This document shows, one piece after another, positions 23,849-35,165 of a DNA stretch of 64,000 nt. Both the position numbers and the translations under genes were made by a program. The notes beneath the pieces were generated by a model. The model did no database searches. It was given only the letters and a program-made list of their open reading frames with translations, and was not told the origin of the DNA. The stretch spans positions 4,528-68,527 of the forward strand of contig CAZIPA010000006.1 of NCBI GenBank assembly GCA_964541085.1, read 5' to 3'. This stretch comes from an uncultured Oscillospiraceae bacterium. GTDB lineage: Bacteria > Bacillota > Clostridia > Oscillospirales > Butyricicoccaceae. How positions within the stretch are numbered: the stretch's first letter is position 1; each line of letters begins with the position of its first letter.

Positions 23849-24970
23849 GTGAGATCGTGGAAAAATGTGCTTGCGCTGCTGCTGGCGATGTGTCTGCTGC
23901 TGCCCCTGCTGCGGGGAAGCTGTCAGGCGGCGGAAAGCTATATCATCACCGTGACGGAGGACACCGTGCAGGAGGACACTGCCGACCCGGGCATGGCCCT
24001 GTATCTGGACGGCCTGATTTATGTGCCCTATACCACCCTTTCCCAGCTGAACCGCACCTGGGTGGCCTATAACGAGAGCAAAGCGCTGGTGACAGTCTAT
24101 CGGGTGGGCTATATCATTTATTTTGAGCTGGATACCGGCCTGACCTACAATCAGGACAACCGCTATGTACAGGTGTCGGCAAAAATGCGTTCCGGCGTGC
24201 CCTATCTGCCGGTGCAGGTGATCTGCAACTGGATGGGACTGTATTTTTCCTACACCTCCGCGTCGGCCTCCGGGCTGGGCTATCCCATTGTGCGGCTGGC
24301 CCGGGAAACCCCGGCCGTGTCGGATGAGACGCTGTACCGTCAGCAGGCGGCAACGCTGGCCGAGGTGGCAAAAAGCCGGGATATCCGTTCCGGACTGCAA
24401 TCTCCCGAGGTGGACATCCCTGCCCCCGAGCCGGAGGAACGGGACATTACCCTGCTGTTTGCCGGTGTGCCCGAGGGCGATGCGGCCCTGCTGCTGGATA
24501 CGCTGGAGGCAGGACAGACCCCGGCGGCCTTTTTCCTGTCGCCTGAGGATGTCAATGCCCAGGGGGCGCTGCTGCGGGAGGTCTATTGCCGGGGCTTTTC
24601 GCTGGGCATTCTGCTGGCGGGAGAAGACCCGCTGGAGGAGGCAAGGGCCGGATCGGAGGCTTATGCGGACACGCTGCACTGCCGGGTGCGTCTGGTGCTG
24701 TGCGCCCGGGCGCTGACGGAGGAAGAGGTGCGGACGCTGACGGAAAACGGCTTTGTGCCGGTGGCGGCAGAGCAGGATTATTCCCGCACGGAGCTGACCT
24801 CCCAAAAGCTGCTGTCTGCCCTGAAAAGGCTGCTGCGCACCGGAGACGGCGGCGAACGGCTGCTGCTGCGGCCCGACAGCATGGTGCAGGAGCTTTTGCC
24901 GGTGGTTTGCAGCTATCTTGTGGCGCAGAATTACACTGCACTGCCCCTGCACGAATGGACACAGCCTTAA
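23849..24970 (+). CDS. Secreted protein, degenerate polysaccharide-deacetylase (NodB)-like C-terminal domain
   Basis: About 373 aa from GTG 23849 (GGAGG RBS). Signal peptide. A copper-amine-oxidase-N-like 'stalk' segment. A NodB-like region lacking the canonical TFDDG. Function is low confidence. Confidence 0.6.
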   Translation: MRSWKNVLALLLAMCLLLPLLRGSCQAAESYIITVTEDTVQEDTADPGMALYLDGLIYVPYTTLSQLNRTWVAYNESKALVTVYRVGYIIYFELDTGLTYNQDNRYVQVSAKMRSGVPYLPVQVICNWMGLYFSYTSASASGLGYPIVRLARETPAVSDETLYRQQAATLAEVAKSRDIRSGLQSPEVDIPAPEPEERDITLLFAGVPEGDAALLLDTLEAGQTPAAFFLSPEDVNAQGALLREVYCRGFSLGILLAGEDPLEEARAGSEAYADTLHCRVRLVLCARALTEEEVRTLTENGFVPVAAEQDYSRTELTSQKLLSALKRLLRTGDGGERLLLRPDSMVQELLPVVCSYLVAQNYTALPLHEWTQP

Positions 24971-24998
24971 AGTGCGCTGTCAAGAGACGGTGTGACCC

Positions 24999-26633
24999 TT
25001 GACCCTTCCACTCCTTTGCCCTATGCTCATGGGAAAAAGGAGTGGTTTTCTATTGTATGAGCAACTGTTGACGGATATCCCGGCAGAGCAGAGCAGCGTC
25101 TCCCGCCGGGAGCTTTGCGCCGGAGACCCGGCACTGTTTGGGCGCACCTATCTTTCCCATTATCTCACCCTGCCCACACCGACCTTTCACAAAAAGCTGT
25201 GCCGCCTGTGGCAAAAGCAGGTGATGAAGGGCCGCTGTCCCTCGCCGGAAGCCCTGCCGGAGATGCTGGAGGCCAAAGGCTGCCGTCTGGCCATCGCTGC
25301 GCCCCGGGGCCATGCCAAATCCACGGTGATGAGCTTGCAGAATGTGCTCCATGCGGCGCTGTACGGCTACAAAAAATACATTCTGCTGGTGTCGGACACC
25401 GAGGCCCAGGCCTCCTCCTTTCTGGAGGCGGTGAAGGCCGAGCTGGAGGACAATGAAGGGATTTTGCGGGATTTCGGCGATCTGCGGGGAAAGGTGTGGA
25501 AAAGCACGGTGATCCTGCTGCGCACGGGGGTGCGCATTGATGCGGTAGGCTCCGGGCAAAAGCTGCGGGGACGGCGGCACGGGGCACGCAGACCCGATCT
25601 GATTCTGCTGGACGATATCGAAAACGATCAGGAGGTGCTGTCTCCCGACGGACGGCGCAAGCTGGAGCGGTGGTTTTTCGGCGCAGTGAGCAAGGCGGGC
25701 GACCGCTATACGGACATTGTGTGCATCGGAACGGTGCTCCATCATGACAGTCTGCTGGTGCAGCTGCTGCACAATCCGGCCTATCAGAGCCTGTGTCTGC
25801 GGGCGGTGGAGCGGTTTTCCGACCATCCTCTGTGGAAGCGCTGGCGGAGCTATTATACCGACCTGTCCGATCCCCGGCGGGAAAAGACAGCGGAACGGTT
25901 TTTCCAGCGCCACCGGAAGGAGCTTCTGGAGGGAACCAAGGTGCTCTGGCCCAAAAAGCTGTCCTATTATGACCTGATGTGTATGCTGGTCAGCGAGGGC
26001 GAGGGCTCCTTTTACCGGGAGATGCAGAACACGCCCATGGATCCGGCCTCCTGTCTCTTCCCCCGGGAGTGGCTGAAATATTACAATCCGGCAGAGGTGG
26101 ATTTTTCCCGGGGCTTCCGGTTTTTCGGCTATTGCGATCCCAGTCTGGGCAAAACGGCGGAGTCGGATTTTTCGGCCATTCTCACGCTGGCGCAGAATGT
26201 GCGGACCGGCGTGATGTATGTGCTGGACGCGGACATTCTCCGGCGGCATCCCGATGGCATTATTCGGGATATTCTGGAAAAGGCCCGCTGGCTGCTGCGG
26301 GAATATGGCGGGCAATATACGGCCTTTGGCGCGGAGACCAACCAGTTTCAGTGGTTTCTCAAGGAGCGTCTGGCGGCGGAGAGTGCGGCGGCGGGGGTGT
26401 ATCTGCCCATTACCGAGGTGCGTTCGGCAGCGGACAAGACCCTGCGCATTCAGACCCTTCAGCCGGATGTGCGCAACGGCTATCTGCTGTTCCGGCCGGA
26501 GCAGGAGGAGCTTCTGCGCCAGCTGACCCAGTTTCCGCTGGCCCGCCACGACGACGGCCCGGACGCATTAGAGGGCGCGGTTCGGCTCTGTAAGCAGGGG
26601 ATGCGGTTGGGAACATTGAAGCTGCGGGTGTGA
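24999..26633 (+). CDS. Phage terminase large subunit-like protein (orphan)
   Basis: About 530-544 aa; the start is uncertain. ATPase Walker A-like APRGHAKST and Walker B LILLDDIEND. C-terminal RNaseH-like nuclease region (ARHDDGPDALEGA). No portal, capsid or small-terminase neighbours. Confidence 0.8.
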   Translation: MTLPLLCPMLMGKRSGFLLYEQLLTDIPAEQSSVSRRELCAGDPALFGRTYLSHYLTLPTPTFHKKLCRLWQKQVMKGRCPSPEALPEMLEAKGCRLAIAAPRGHAKSTVMSLQNVLHAALYGYKKYILLVSDTEAQASSFLEAVKAELEDNEGILRDFGDLRGKVWKSTVILLRTGVRIDAVGSGQKLRGRRHGARRPDLILLDDIENDQEVLSPDGRRKLERWFFGAVSKAGDRYTDIVCIGTVLHHDSLLVQLLHNPAYQSLCLRAVERFSDHPLWKRWRSYYTDLSDPRREKTAERFFQRHRKELLEGTKVLWPKKLSYYDLMCMLVSEGEGSFYREMQNTPMDPASCLFPREWLKYYNPAEVDFSRGFRFFGYCDPSLGKTAESDFSAILTLAQNVRTGVMYVLDADILRRHPDGIIRDILEKARWLLREYGGQYTAFGAETNQFQWFLKERLAAESAAAGVYLPITEVRSAADKTLRIQTLQPDVRNGYLLFRPEQEELLRQLTQFPLARHDDGPDALEGAVRLCKQGMRLGTLKLRV

Positions 26634-27470
26634 GGGCCGTCGTCCTTCGCCGCCCAGTGGCGGCGTCACGCCGCAGGAAGCCGCAGAAGTGCGGCGACCG
26701 AGGCGGTGAAATAAAAAGGGGCCCCCGCAAAACCTGTTTTGCGGGGAAACCGGCCCGGATGCACTGGAAGGTGCCGTGCGATTGTGCAAGCAGGGGATGC
26801 GGTTGGGGACATTGAAGCTGCGGGTATGAGGCAGCTGCGCCTTGCGGCTTGGCTCTCCCTCTGGGAGAGCTGGCGGCGCAGCCGTCTGAGAGGGTTTTCG
26901 CTGCAAACCATCCCACAGATTTTATCGCTCAATAATTTATAGCATAATCATCCCCTGCCGGGCAGCTTGCGCAGGGATCCTTCGCCGATGAGTGTCGGCG
27001 AGAGGCTACATCTGATGATATCCCTGCGGGGATGGGGGTGATGCACCTGTCGGCGTGATGCGCACTTCGTGCGTGATGCGCCTGCGGGCGTTGGAAGACG
27101 AGAGACGAAGGTACAATCCCTCAGTCGGCACTTCGTGCCGCCAGCTCCCTTTACACAAGGGCGCCTTGGATATTTGCGGAAGCAAACCGCCCTCGCCGGA
27201 GCCGCCCCTGTGTAAGGGGAGGTGGCAAAACCGCCGGTTTTGACGGAAGGGTTGTCACTGCGTCCGGCTGATTCAGCGGCAAATGTCCCCGCCTCCCTCG
27301 TCGGATGGAGCCAAGAACGGGGGGCGAAAGGACAACCCTCTCAGTCACCTGCGGTGACAGCTCTCCCAAAGGGAGAGCCAAGCCCGAAAACCTCACGGCG
27401 CAAGCCGATTTCATCTTCGCAGAAGATTTCACCGGCGCAAGGCGATATCATTGCGCCGTCAGGCGACAAC
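26634..27470. repeat. Largest composite repeat block (modules B-inverted, ghost gene end, D, C, A)
   Basis: About 840 bp non-coding. 26636-26750 is module B inverted. 26840-26990 is the reverse complement of 34945-35100. 27005-27100 is module A. 27290-27470 matches 22900-22990 and the inverted start of 22754-22810. Confidence 0.8.
26752..26829 (+). pseudogene. Ghost copy of the terminase 3' end (last 25 codons + stop)
   Basis: Encodes GPDALEGAVRLCKQGMRLGTLKLRV*, identical to the terminase C-terminus at 26556-26633. 11 of 26 codons differ and every difference is synonymous. No upstream ORF is attached. Confidence 0.8.
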
Positions 27471-27658
27471 TCCCATCCTGCCGAAAAATTTTCGGATTCC
27501 TGCGTTTATTGGTAACAATGCGGTCAAACCGGGGAAAAGGCGGGGGTTTCCACGAAAAAATTTTTGAAATTTGGGGATGAAATTTCACCGGCTTTCTGGT
27601 ATAATAACGGAGATTGGAAAAATCCGCGAAAAACAATTTAATATAAGGAGTGTTACCA

Positions 27659-30286
<2,628 letters not shown>

Positions 30287-30317
30287 GCATCCCTCCGGCC
30301 GCATAAGCAAAATAACG

Positions 30318-30344
30318 AAAGCTCCCCGAAAGGGGAGCTTTTCT
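30318..30344 (+). terminator. Rho-independent terminator (AAAGCTCCCC family)
   Basis: AAAGCTCCCC-GAAA-GGGGAGCTTTT directly after ppdK, followed by AATGATATCC. Confidence 0.8.
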
Positions 30345-30395
30345 TAATGATATCCCTGCGGGATGAGAAGAAGTGATGCGCCTGCATCGCATCAC
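30345..30395. repeat. Short module A fragment
   Basis: AATGATATCCCTGCGGGATGAGAAGAAGTGATGCGCCTGCATCGCATCAC, matching the starts of other module A copies. Confidence 0.65.
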
Positions 30396-30688
30396 CACAC
30401 AGCGCCCGCCATCAGCACACCCACGGCGCACAGCGCCCCGGCGAGAAAGGACAGCACCGGCAGCAGCCAGGCGGGGGCTGACCGGCCCTTCCTGCCCTTC
30501 AGTCCCTTCAGCCGCGGGGGCGAAAGGCTGTATTGTGCCGCCAGCTGCTCTGCCAGCGCCAGCAGCTCCTCCGGCGAAGACAGCGCCCCCGGGCCGCGCT
30601 CCTCCGCCAGCAGAAAAATCGCCTGCTCAAAGGGCCCGTTTTCCGGCGGACGCACCAGAATTGCCTGCCGGGAGATTCCTTTTACCAT
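30392..30688 (-). CDS. Small C-terminally membrane-anchored hypothetical protein
   Basis: 98 aa with a GGAAGGA RBS and a C-terminal TM helix (WLLPVLSFLAGALCAVGVLMAGAVW). Lies downstream of spoIIE. Confidence 0.55.
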   Translation of the reverse strand: MVKGISRQAILVRPPENGPFEQAIFLLAEERGPGALSSPEELLALAEQLAAQYSLSPPRLKGLKGRKGRSAPAWLLPVLSFLAGALCAVGVLMAGAVW

Positions 30689-30736
30689 ATCCTTCCGCCT
30701 CCTTTTCAGAAACAGTATGTCCCGGCATTCATCGGC

Positions 30737-32965
30737 TTATACCGCCTCCGCCTGCTGAAAATCCGCCACCAGCACGGTCATATCATCCCCGGAGCCCGCC
30801 CTGGCCGCCTCCTCCAGCAGCAGACCGGCCAGCGCCGAGCCCTCCAGCGTCCCCTGTTCCCGCAGCAGCGCCGCCGTGCGATCCTCCAGAAAAGCGCCGT
30901 CGCTGAGCAGAATCACCCGATCGCCGGGGGAAAGCCGCAGACGGATGGGCGCAGCCTCTTCCTCCTCCGCCAGACCCGCCGGAAGAGCGCAGCCGTCAAA
31001 GCGGGTGAGCCGTCCTTCCCGCAGAAGAAAGCTGGGCGCAGCCCCATATTTCAGCAGATTGCACCGTCCGGAGAACAGATTGACCTCCAGCAGATCCAGC
31101 GTCACAAAGCCCCACTGGGGAAACCGGGCCGCCAGCACCGGCAGCACCGCCGCCACACTCTCCCCCAGAGCGCAGCCCGAGCGCACAAAGGAGCACAGCA
31201 GCTCCAGCGCCTGACGGGAGCACACACCGGCAGCCTCGCCCGTGCCCATGCCGTCAGACAGCAGCACCGCCGCCCGGCCGTCATCGGTATGCAGCGCCCG
31301 ATATTCGTCCCCGCAGAGAACCTCCCCCGCCTTTTTTCGCCGGGCCGGACTGAGCAGCAGCACACATCGCTCCTGCTGCCGCAGACGAATCACCGTGCCG
31401 GAGGCACTTTCCACCCGCTCCGGCGGCAAAAGGGTCATTTGCAGCGCCCCCTGCAACGATCGCCGCAGGGCATCACAGTCCTCCAGCGCCTGAGAGGAGG
31501 GCTGCTTCAGACGGATATCCGCCTGCAACCGTCCGCCGGTGAGACAGACCGCCGCCTTCGCCCCGGGAAGATAGGCCCGCACAATCCGCCGCACCTGCCC
31601 CTCCAGCCGGGCATCATAGAGGGTTCCCGTGCCGGTCTGCACCGCGGCCGATTCCAGCAGCGCTCCCAGCCGGGCATATTGCCGTCCCAGCAGAGCCTGC
31701 CCTTCCCGCTCCTGCCGCAGACGGGCTTCCCGCCGGAGGGCATCCCGAAAGGCATCGTTGATGCTGCCGCAAAAGCGTTCCGGCGTGAGACAGCTGCCCG
31801 CGAACCACGGAGGAAGATCGGAAAGCCGCAAGGCATGACGGCTGCGCAGAGGCTGGGCCAGATGACACAGCACATCCCGCATGGCCTCATAATCCCGCTG
31901 CCAGCATTGGGAAAACCGGGGACAGCTTCGGCAGGCCAGCTCACAGCCGCTGCGGAACACCGGCCCCAGCAGCTCCGGCGGCCCGGCGGGCGTATCCGGC
32001 ACCATGGCCTGTCCCAGACCGGCCAGCGCCTGAGAAAGTCCCCGGAGGGCCTGTCCACCGCCGCACATCACAGGCAGCACCGGCTCGGAGGAAAGTGCGG
32101 CACAGCCGGTTTCCACCCGCAGCCAGAGCTTTCCCGGCAGCAAAATGAGGATTCCTCCGGCCAGCAGACTTTCATAAAAGGCCGCTCCGGCCCCTTCCCG
32201 CTGATAGAGCCAGAGGCACAGCAGCCCGGTGAGGATGGAAAAGCGCAGCGCCGCCGTCAGCCGTTCCCGCCGTCCAAAGGCACCTGCTGCCAGAGCGGAA
32301 GCACACCACAGCAGGGCAAAAAAGGGACTCTGCCCCAGTGCCAGATCCATCGCCGCACCAAAGGCCGCACCCACCAGCGCGCCTGCCGTTCCGCCGCCGC
32401 AGCAGGAAATGGCCTCCACTACTCCCACCGCCAGCAGCCGGGCCGGACGCAGCCCACAGACGGTCAGGGGAAGCCACGCCAGCAGTCCTGCCAGCAGCGC
32501 TCCCAGCCGTCCCCAGGGCATAAGGGGCGATTTTCCCTCCCGGGCTTCCCGCAGCAGCAGGGCAAAGCCGCCGCACAGCAGAGCCTGTCCCCCCAGCGTC
32601 AGCAGATCCTCTCCCCGCTCCACCTGCACCAGTCCCGTGGAAATCAGGGCGATCATGGCACACAGTGGGAAAAAGCCCCGCCGCCGGCCCACCGCCGTTC
32701 CCTCCAGCACCAGCCGGCAGGTGAGCACCACTGCACAGGCCGCGCCATAAAGAAGTCCGTTTTCTCCCCCGCCCAGCACATACCGGCAAAAGGCCCCCAG
32801 CGCCGCCAGTGCCGGATGGGCCGAGGCCGCACAGTAGGCCACCCCAAAGGGCCGCAGCTCTCCGGCGGCAGCCGCTGCCGCAAACAGCACCCCCATTCCC
32901 AGCGCCCCCAGAGGCCCGGCCAGACGCCTGATTGCTTTTGTATGCTGCTTTGTTTCCAGCTCCAT
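30737..32965 (-). CDS. spoIIE: Stage II sporulation protein E (PP2C phosphatase, polytopic membrane)
   Basis: About 742 aa from ATG 32965 (GAAGGGAG RBS). About 10 N-terminal TM helices. C-terminal PP2C motifs (GEVLCGDEY, VLLSDGMGTGEAA, LLSDGA..., GSGDDMTVLV). Confidence 0.88.
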   Translation of the reverse strand: MELETKQHTKAIRRLAGPLGALGMGVLFAAAAAAGELRPFGVAYCAASAHPALAALGAFCRYVLGGGENGLLYGAACAVVLTCRLVLEGTAVGRRRGFFPLCAMIALISTGLVQVERGEDLLTLGGQALLCGGFALLLREAREGKSPLMPWGRLGALLAGLLAWLPLTVCGLRPARLLAVGVVEAISCCGGGTAGALVGAAFGAAMDLALGQSPFFALLWCASALAAGAFGRRERLTAALRFSILTGLLCLWLYQREGAGAAFYESLLAGGILILLPGKLWLRVETGCAALSSEPVLPVMCGGGQALRGLSQALAGLGQAMVPDTPAGPPELLGPVFRSGCELACRSCPRFSQCWQRDYEAMRDVLCHLAQPLRSRHALRLSDLPPWFAGSCLTPERFCGSINDAFRDALRREARLRQEREGQALLGRQYARLGALLESAAVQTGTGTLYDARLEGQVRRIVRAYLPGAKAAVCLTGGRLQADIRLKQPSSQALEDCDALRRSLQGALQMTLLPPERVESASGTVIRLRQQERCVLLLSPARRKKAGEVLCGDEYRALHTDDGRAAVLLSDGMGTGEAAGVCSRQALELLCSFVRSGCALGESVAAVLPVLAARFPQWGFVTLDLLEVNLFSGRCNLLKYGAAPSFLLREGRLTRFDGCALPAGLAEEEEAAPIRLRLSPGDRVILLSDGAFLEDRTAALLREQGTLEGSALAGLLLEEAARAGSGDDMTVLVADFQQAEAV

Positions 32966-33073
32966 CGCTGCCCACTCCCTTCGTTTTTCCCCATTGTAGC
33001 GGCTTTTTTCCACGGAAAAGGTCAGGAAATCGCCGGGGAAATGCAGGATTCAGAAACTTTTCAGAACTATGGC

Positions 33074-33103
33074 TTGAAAGGGCGGGGAGAAGCATAGTAT
33101 AAT
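33074..33103 (+). promoter_or_regulatory. Sigma-70-type promoter for the MFS transporter gene
   Basis: TTGAAA (33074-33079), 18-nt spacer, TATAAT (33098-33103). Confidence 0.45.
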
Positions 33104-33158
33104 AGAATGGACAAAGTATCAATCCCGGCGGCGCAGCTGCCCCAAAGGAGGAGCCAAA

Positions 33159-34478
33159 ATGAAGCTGAATACCAAACGCACCGTGCTCATCGGACTGGCG
33201 TTTATGTCGATTCTGGCATTCTGGCAGTTTTACGATCAGGTGATACCCCATCTGCTGGAAAATGTCTTTGGTCTGCGCACACTGACCACCAACGCCATCA
33301 TGGCGGCGGACAATGTGCTGGCCCTGTTTATGCTGCCCCTGTTCGGAGCCCTCTCCGACAAAACCCACACCCCTCTGGGGCGGCGCACCCCCTATATTCT
33401 CTTTGGCACGGTGGGGGCCGTGACTCTGCTGCTGCTGCTGGCAAAGGCCCAGGCAAGCCGCAGTCTGCCCCTGTTTCTGGGCTGTCTCTTTGCCCTGCTG
33501 GTGGTGATGAGCATCTACCGCTCTCCCGCCGTGGCCTATATGCCCGATGTGACGCCCAAGCCTCTGCGTTCCCGGGCCAACGCCATCATCAATCTGGTGG
33601 GCTATGTGGGCGGCATCTTTTCCACGCTGATGATGATGCTGCTGCTCAAGAGCGAAACCGCCGCCGACGGCTCCAGCTATTATCCGCCGGATCAGTCCTT
33701 CACCCCCATTTTTCTGGTGGTGGCGGCGTTTATGGCGGTGAGCGTTGCGGTGATGGTGCTGACGGTAAAGGAAAATAAGGTGGCTGCGGAGACCTGGGCA
33801 CAGGTGGCCGGATCGGAACAGGCCGAGGCGGGACGGGCACCCCGGAAGGGTGAAAAAATGCCCCGGGAGGTTCGCCGGAGCCTGATCTTCATTCTGCTGT
33901 CGGTATTTCTGTGGTTTACCGCCTACAATGCCGTGACCACGGCCTTTTCCCGCTATTGCGTGGCTGTGTGGGGCGCGGACCTCAGCGCCTCCTCCGGCTA
34001 TCTGATGACGGCGACGCTGGTGGCCATCGCCAGCTTTATCCCGCTGGGCAGCCTTTCGGGCCGGGTGGGACGGAAAAATACCGTGCTGCTGGGCATCGTG
34101 CTCATGTCCTTCTGCTATCTCTGCGCCATTTTCATCCAGCGCCAGACCCCGCTGATGTATCTGCTCTTCGGACTGGTGGGCATCGGCTGGGCCGCCATCA
34201 ATGTCAATTCCTTCCCCATGGTGGTGGAGATGAGCCCGGCGGGAGATTCCGGACGGTATACCGGCTATTATTACGCCTTTTCCATGGCGGCGCAGATCAT
34301 CACGCCGCTGCTGTCCGGTCTGCTCATAGACCGGTTCCGGCTGGGCTATCAGGTGCTGTTCCCCTATGCCCTGCTGTTCTCTCTGCTGTCCCTGTTGACC
34401 ATGCTGCAGGTTCGCCACGGCGACAGCCGTCCCCAACCCAAAAAGGATCGGCTGGAGGCGTTTGATACGCCGGATTAA
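33159..34478 (+). CDS. MFS transporter (GPH/SLC45-like sugar:cation symporter family)
   Basis: 439 aa, about 12 TM helices. Signature LPLFGALSDKTHTPLGRRTPYILFG. AAAGGAGG RBS. Confidence 0.85.
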   Translation: MKLNTKRTVLIGLAFMSILAFWQFYDQVIPHLLENVFGLRTLTTNAIMAADNVLALFMLPLFGALSDKTHTPLGRRTPYILFGTVGAVTLLLLLAKAQASRSLPLFLGCLFALLVVMSIYRSPAVAYMPDVTPKPLRSRANAIINLVGYVGGIFSTLMMMLLLKSETAADGSSYYPPDQSFTPIFLVVAAFMAVSVAVMVLTVKENKVAAETWAQVAGSEQAEAGRAPRKGEKMPREVRRSLIFILLSVFLWFTAYNAVTTAFSRYCVAVWGADLSASSGYLMTATLVAIASFIPLGSLSGRVGRKNTVLLGIVLMSFCYLCAIFIQRQTPLMYLLFGLVGIGWAAINVNSFPMVVEMSPAGDSGRYTGYYYAFSMAAQIITPLLSGLLIDRFRLGYQVLFPYALLFSLLSLLTMLQVRHGDSRPQPKKDRLEAFDTPD

Positions 34479-34485
34479 GGCCTGC

Positions 34486-35110
34486 GGCCAATGATATCGC
34501 CGCTTTGCGGCGTGATGCGATGCTTCGCATCGTGATGCGCACTTCGTGCGTGATGCGCCTGCGGGCGTGGGAAGACGGGGGACGAAGGGGTTTTTACTGC
34601 GTCCCGCTTCCTCAGAGGGCAGCCCCGCGGCGACTGAGCGGGCGTTAGGGGTGGAACTCTTCGTCCCCGCCGGGAGGCCGGAAGAGGTTTACGGGGAAAC
34701 TGGTTTCCCCGTCAGACCGCACGCAGCCCGCTATGCGGTGCTGCTACGGTGTTTCCGCAGAAACGCCTGCGGTCGAGGGGGGTATCGCAACACCCCTCCG
34801 CTGGCCTTTGGGTACTTTCGGCCACACGAAAGCACCATCCCCACAAAATCTTCGATTTTGCAGGGCCCCCGGTGGATTTAACCGCCTCGGTCGGCGCACT
34901 GCTGCGCCTCCCTGCGGCATGACGCCGCCACTGGGCTGCGAAGGCTTGCTGCGCAAGCTGCCCGGCAGGGGATGATAATGCTACAAAAATATTGAGCGAT
35001 AAAATCTGTGGGATTGTTTGCAGGTCTATTAAAAACCCTCTCAGTCGGCACACCGTGCCGCCAGCTCTCCCAGAGGGAGAGCCAAGCAGCGAAGAGCGGG
35101 CATCTCCGTT
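34486..35110. repeat. Composite repeat block (modules A, unique hairpin array, B, C, D)
   Basis: 34489-34570 is module A. 34570-34838 is a string of perfect hairpins (e.g. ACGGGGAAAC-TG-GTTTCCCCGT). 34839-34958 is module B. 34945-35100 is the inverted copy of 26840-26990. Confidence 0.8.
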
Positions 35111-35165
35111 TTCCGCTTTCACATTTCACTGAAACTACCTCCAATAAGCAAAGGAGTTATCCATC

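Noticed and set aside
23849-26633. Prophage call based on the terminase large subunit
   Set aside because: There is only one phage-like gene. No integrase, portal, capsid, tail or lysis genes occur within 10 kb, and the flanks are housekeeping genes or repeats. It is reported as an orphan terminase instead.
26634-27470. Possible CRISPR array in the large repeat blocks (also 34486-35110)
   Set aside because: There is no constant-length direct repeat alternating with unique spacers. The units are heterogeneous hairpins in both orientations, the same modules are dispersed at many loci, and there are no cas genes in the window.
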